32,000 bases of DNA from Vibrio vulnificus CMCP6 (GTDB lineage: Bacteria > Pseudomonadota > Gammaproteobacteria > Enterobacterales > Vibrionaceae), in NCBI RefSeq assembly GCF_000039765.1, contig NC_004459.3, positions 1,470,001 to 1,502,000 on the forward strand, in the 5' to 3' direction. Below, in pieces: positions 31,453 to 32,000 of this stretch (position 1 is the first letter of the stretch; each line of letters begins with the position of its first letter). Below the pieces are notes generated by a model, which saw only the letters and a program-made list of their open reading frames with translations, was not told the origin of the DNA and did not search any database. The position numbers and the translations under genes were made by a program.

Positions 31453-32000
31453 TTAAGCGTGACCAGCTTGATCGGAAAGCTGAGACGCGTGAATTCCAAG
31501 CATTTGCACGGCTTTTTGCCAGCGCATTGCTATCGGTGTGTCAAAAATAATATCAGGATTGGCTTCAACCGTGAGCCACGAGTTTTCCGCTAATTCGGCT
31601 TCGAGTTGTCCAGCACTCCAGCCTGAGTAACCGAGTGCGACGATGTAGCTGCTTGGTTCCGCTTCTGTGCCAAGCACAGTCAAAATGTCCTTTGAGGTCG
31701 TAACGGAGATCTGCTCGGTCATTTGTAAGCTCGACTCATAGAAATCTTTCGGTCTATGGAGAATGAAGCCGCGATCTTCAGCGACTGGCCCGCCATTGTA
31801 GACTGGCTTGGTCAGACTTGAGGTGTTCAACTGAGGATGAACAGGCTGGACATCGACTTGCTCGAGCATTTTGCCCACGGTGATATCAATAGGCGCGTTG
31901 ATCATTAAGCCCATTGCGCCTTCTTCATTATGTTCACAGATATAGATGACGCTGTGCTGAAAGTAGGGATCTTTCATACCCGGCATCGCAACCAGAAAAT
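31453..32000 (-). CDS. yqgE: YqgE/AlgH-family protein, 5'-truncated by the window edge
   Basis: The frame stays open upstream of the M at 31986 (..[35 protein letters not shown]). The true N-terminus is outside the window. Confidence 0.85.

Overview
This is a chromosomal segment from a Vibrio (Vibrionaceae). The assignment rests on the 16S/23S sequence and on gene content; I cannot resolve the species without a database search. Nothing in the window looks like a mobile element, CRISPR array or defence system.

Layout, left to right:
(1) 1-5986: a chitin/chitosan-disaccharide locus. It holds a truncated secreted CE4 chitin-oligosaccharide deacetylase, divergent from a chb-type PTS operon (IIB, IIC, IIA, GH4 6-phospho-beta-glucosidase, ChbG/YdjC deacetylase, LacI-family regulator).
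(2) 6056-7814: a PhnB-like VOC protein and an HD-GYP c-di-GMP phosphodiesterase.
(3) 7935-13886: a complete rrn operon with tandem P1/P2 promoters and boxA elements. Gene order is 16S, tRNA-Ile, tRNA-Ala, 23S, 5S, tRNA-Thr, a second 5S, tRNA-Asp, terminator.
(4) 14183-18735: a stable-RNA/chemotaxis mosaic on the minus strand. It runs: a two-gene operon, a six-gene tRNA array (Phe-Thr-Phe-Asn-Thr-Asn), a full-length Cache-type MCP, and a second paralogous tRNA array (Phe-Thr-Asn).
(5) 18832-32000: a conserved housekeeping block (mltC, yggX, mutY, trmB, glsA, an AlkA-like glycosylase, hemW, rdgB, DUF4426, yggU, yggT, proC, yggS, pilT, pilU, ruvX, yqgE).

The most interesting item is the two-gene operon at 14183-15543. 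It pairs a stand-alone flavodiiron-type (ODP-like) di-iron domain with a transmembrane-less protein that carries a chemoreceptor hairpin-tip motif. I read it as a candidate O2/iron-sensing chemotaxis input module with an atypical metal site and atypical receptor geometry.

All calls come from reading the sequence and ORF translations by eye. No homology search was run.
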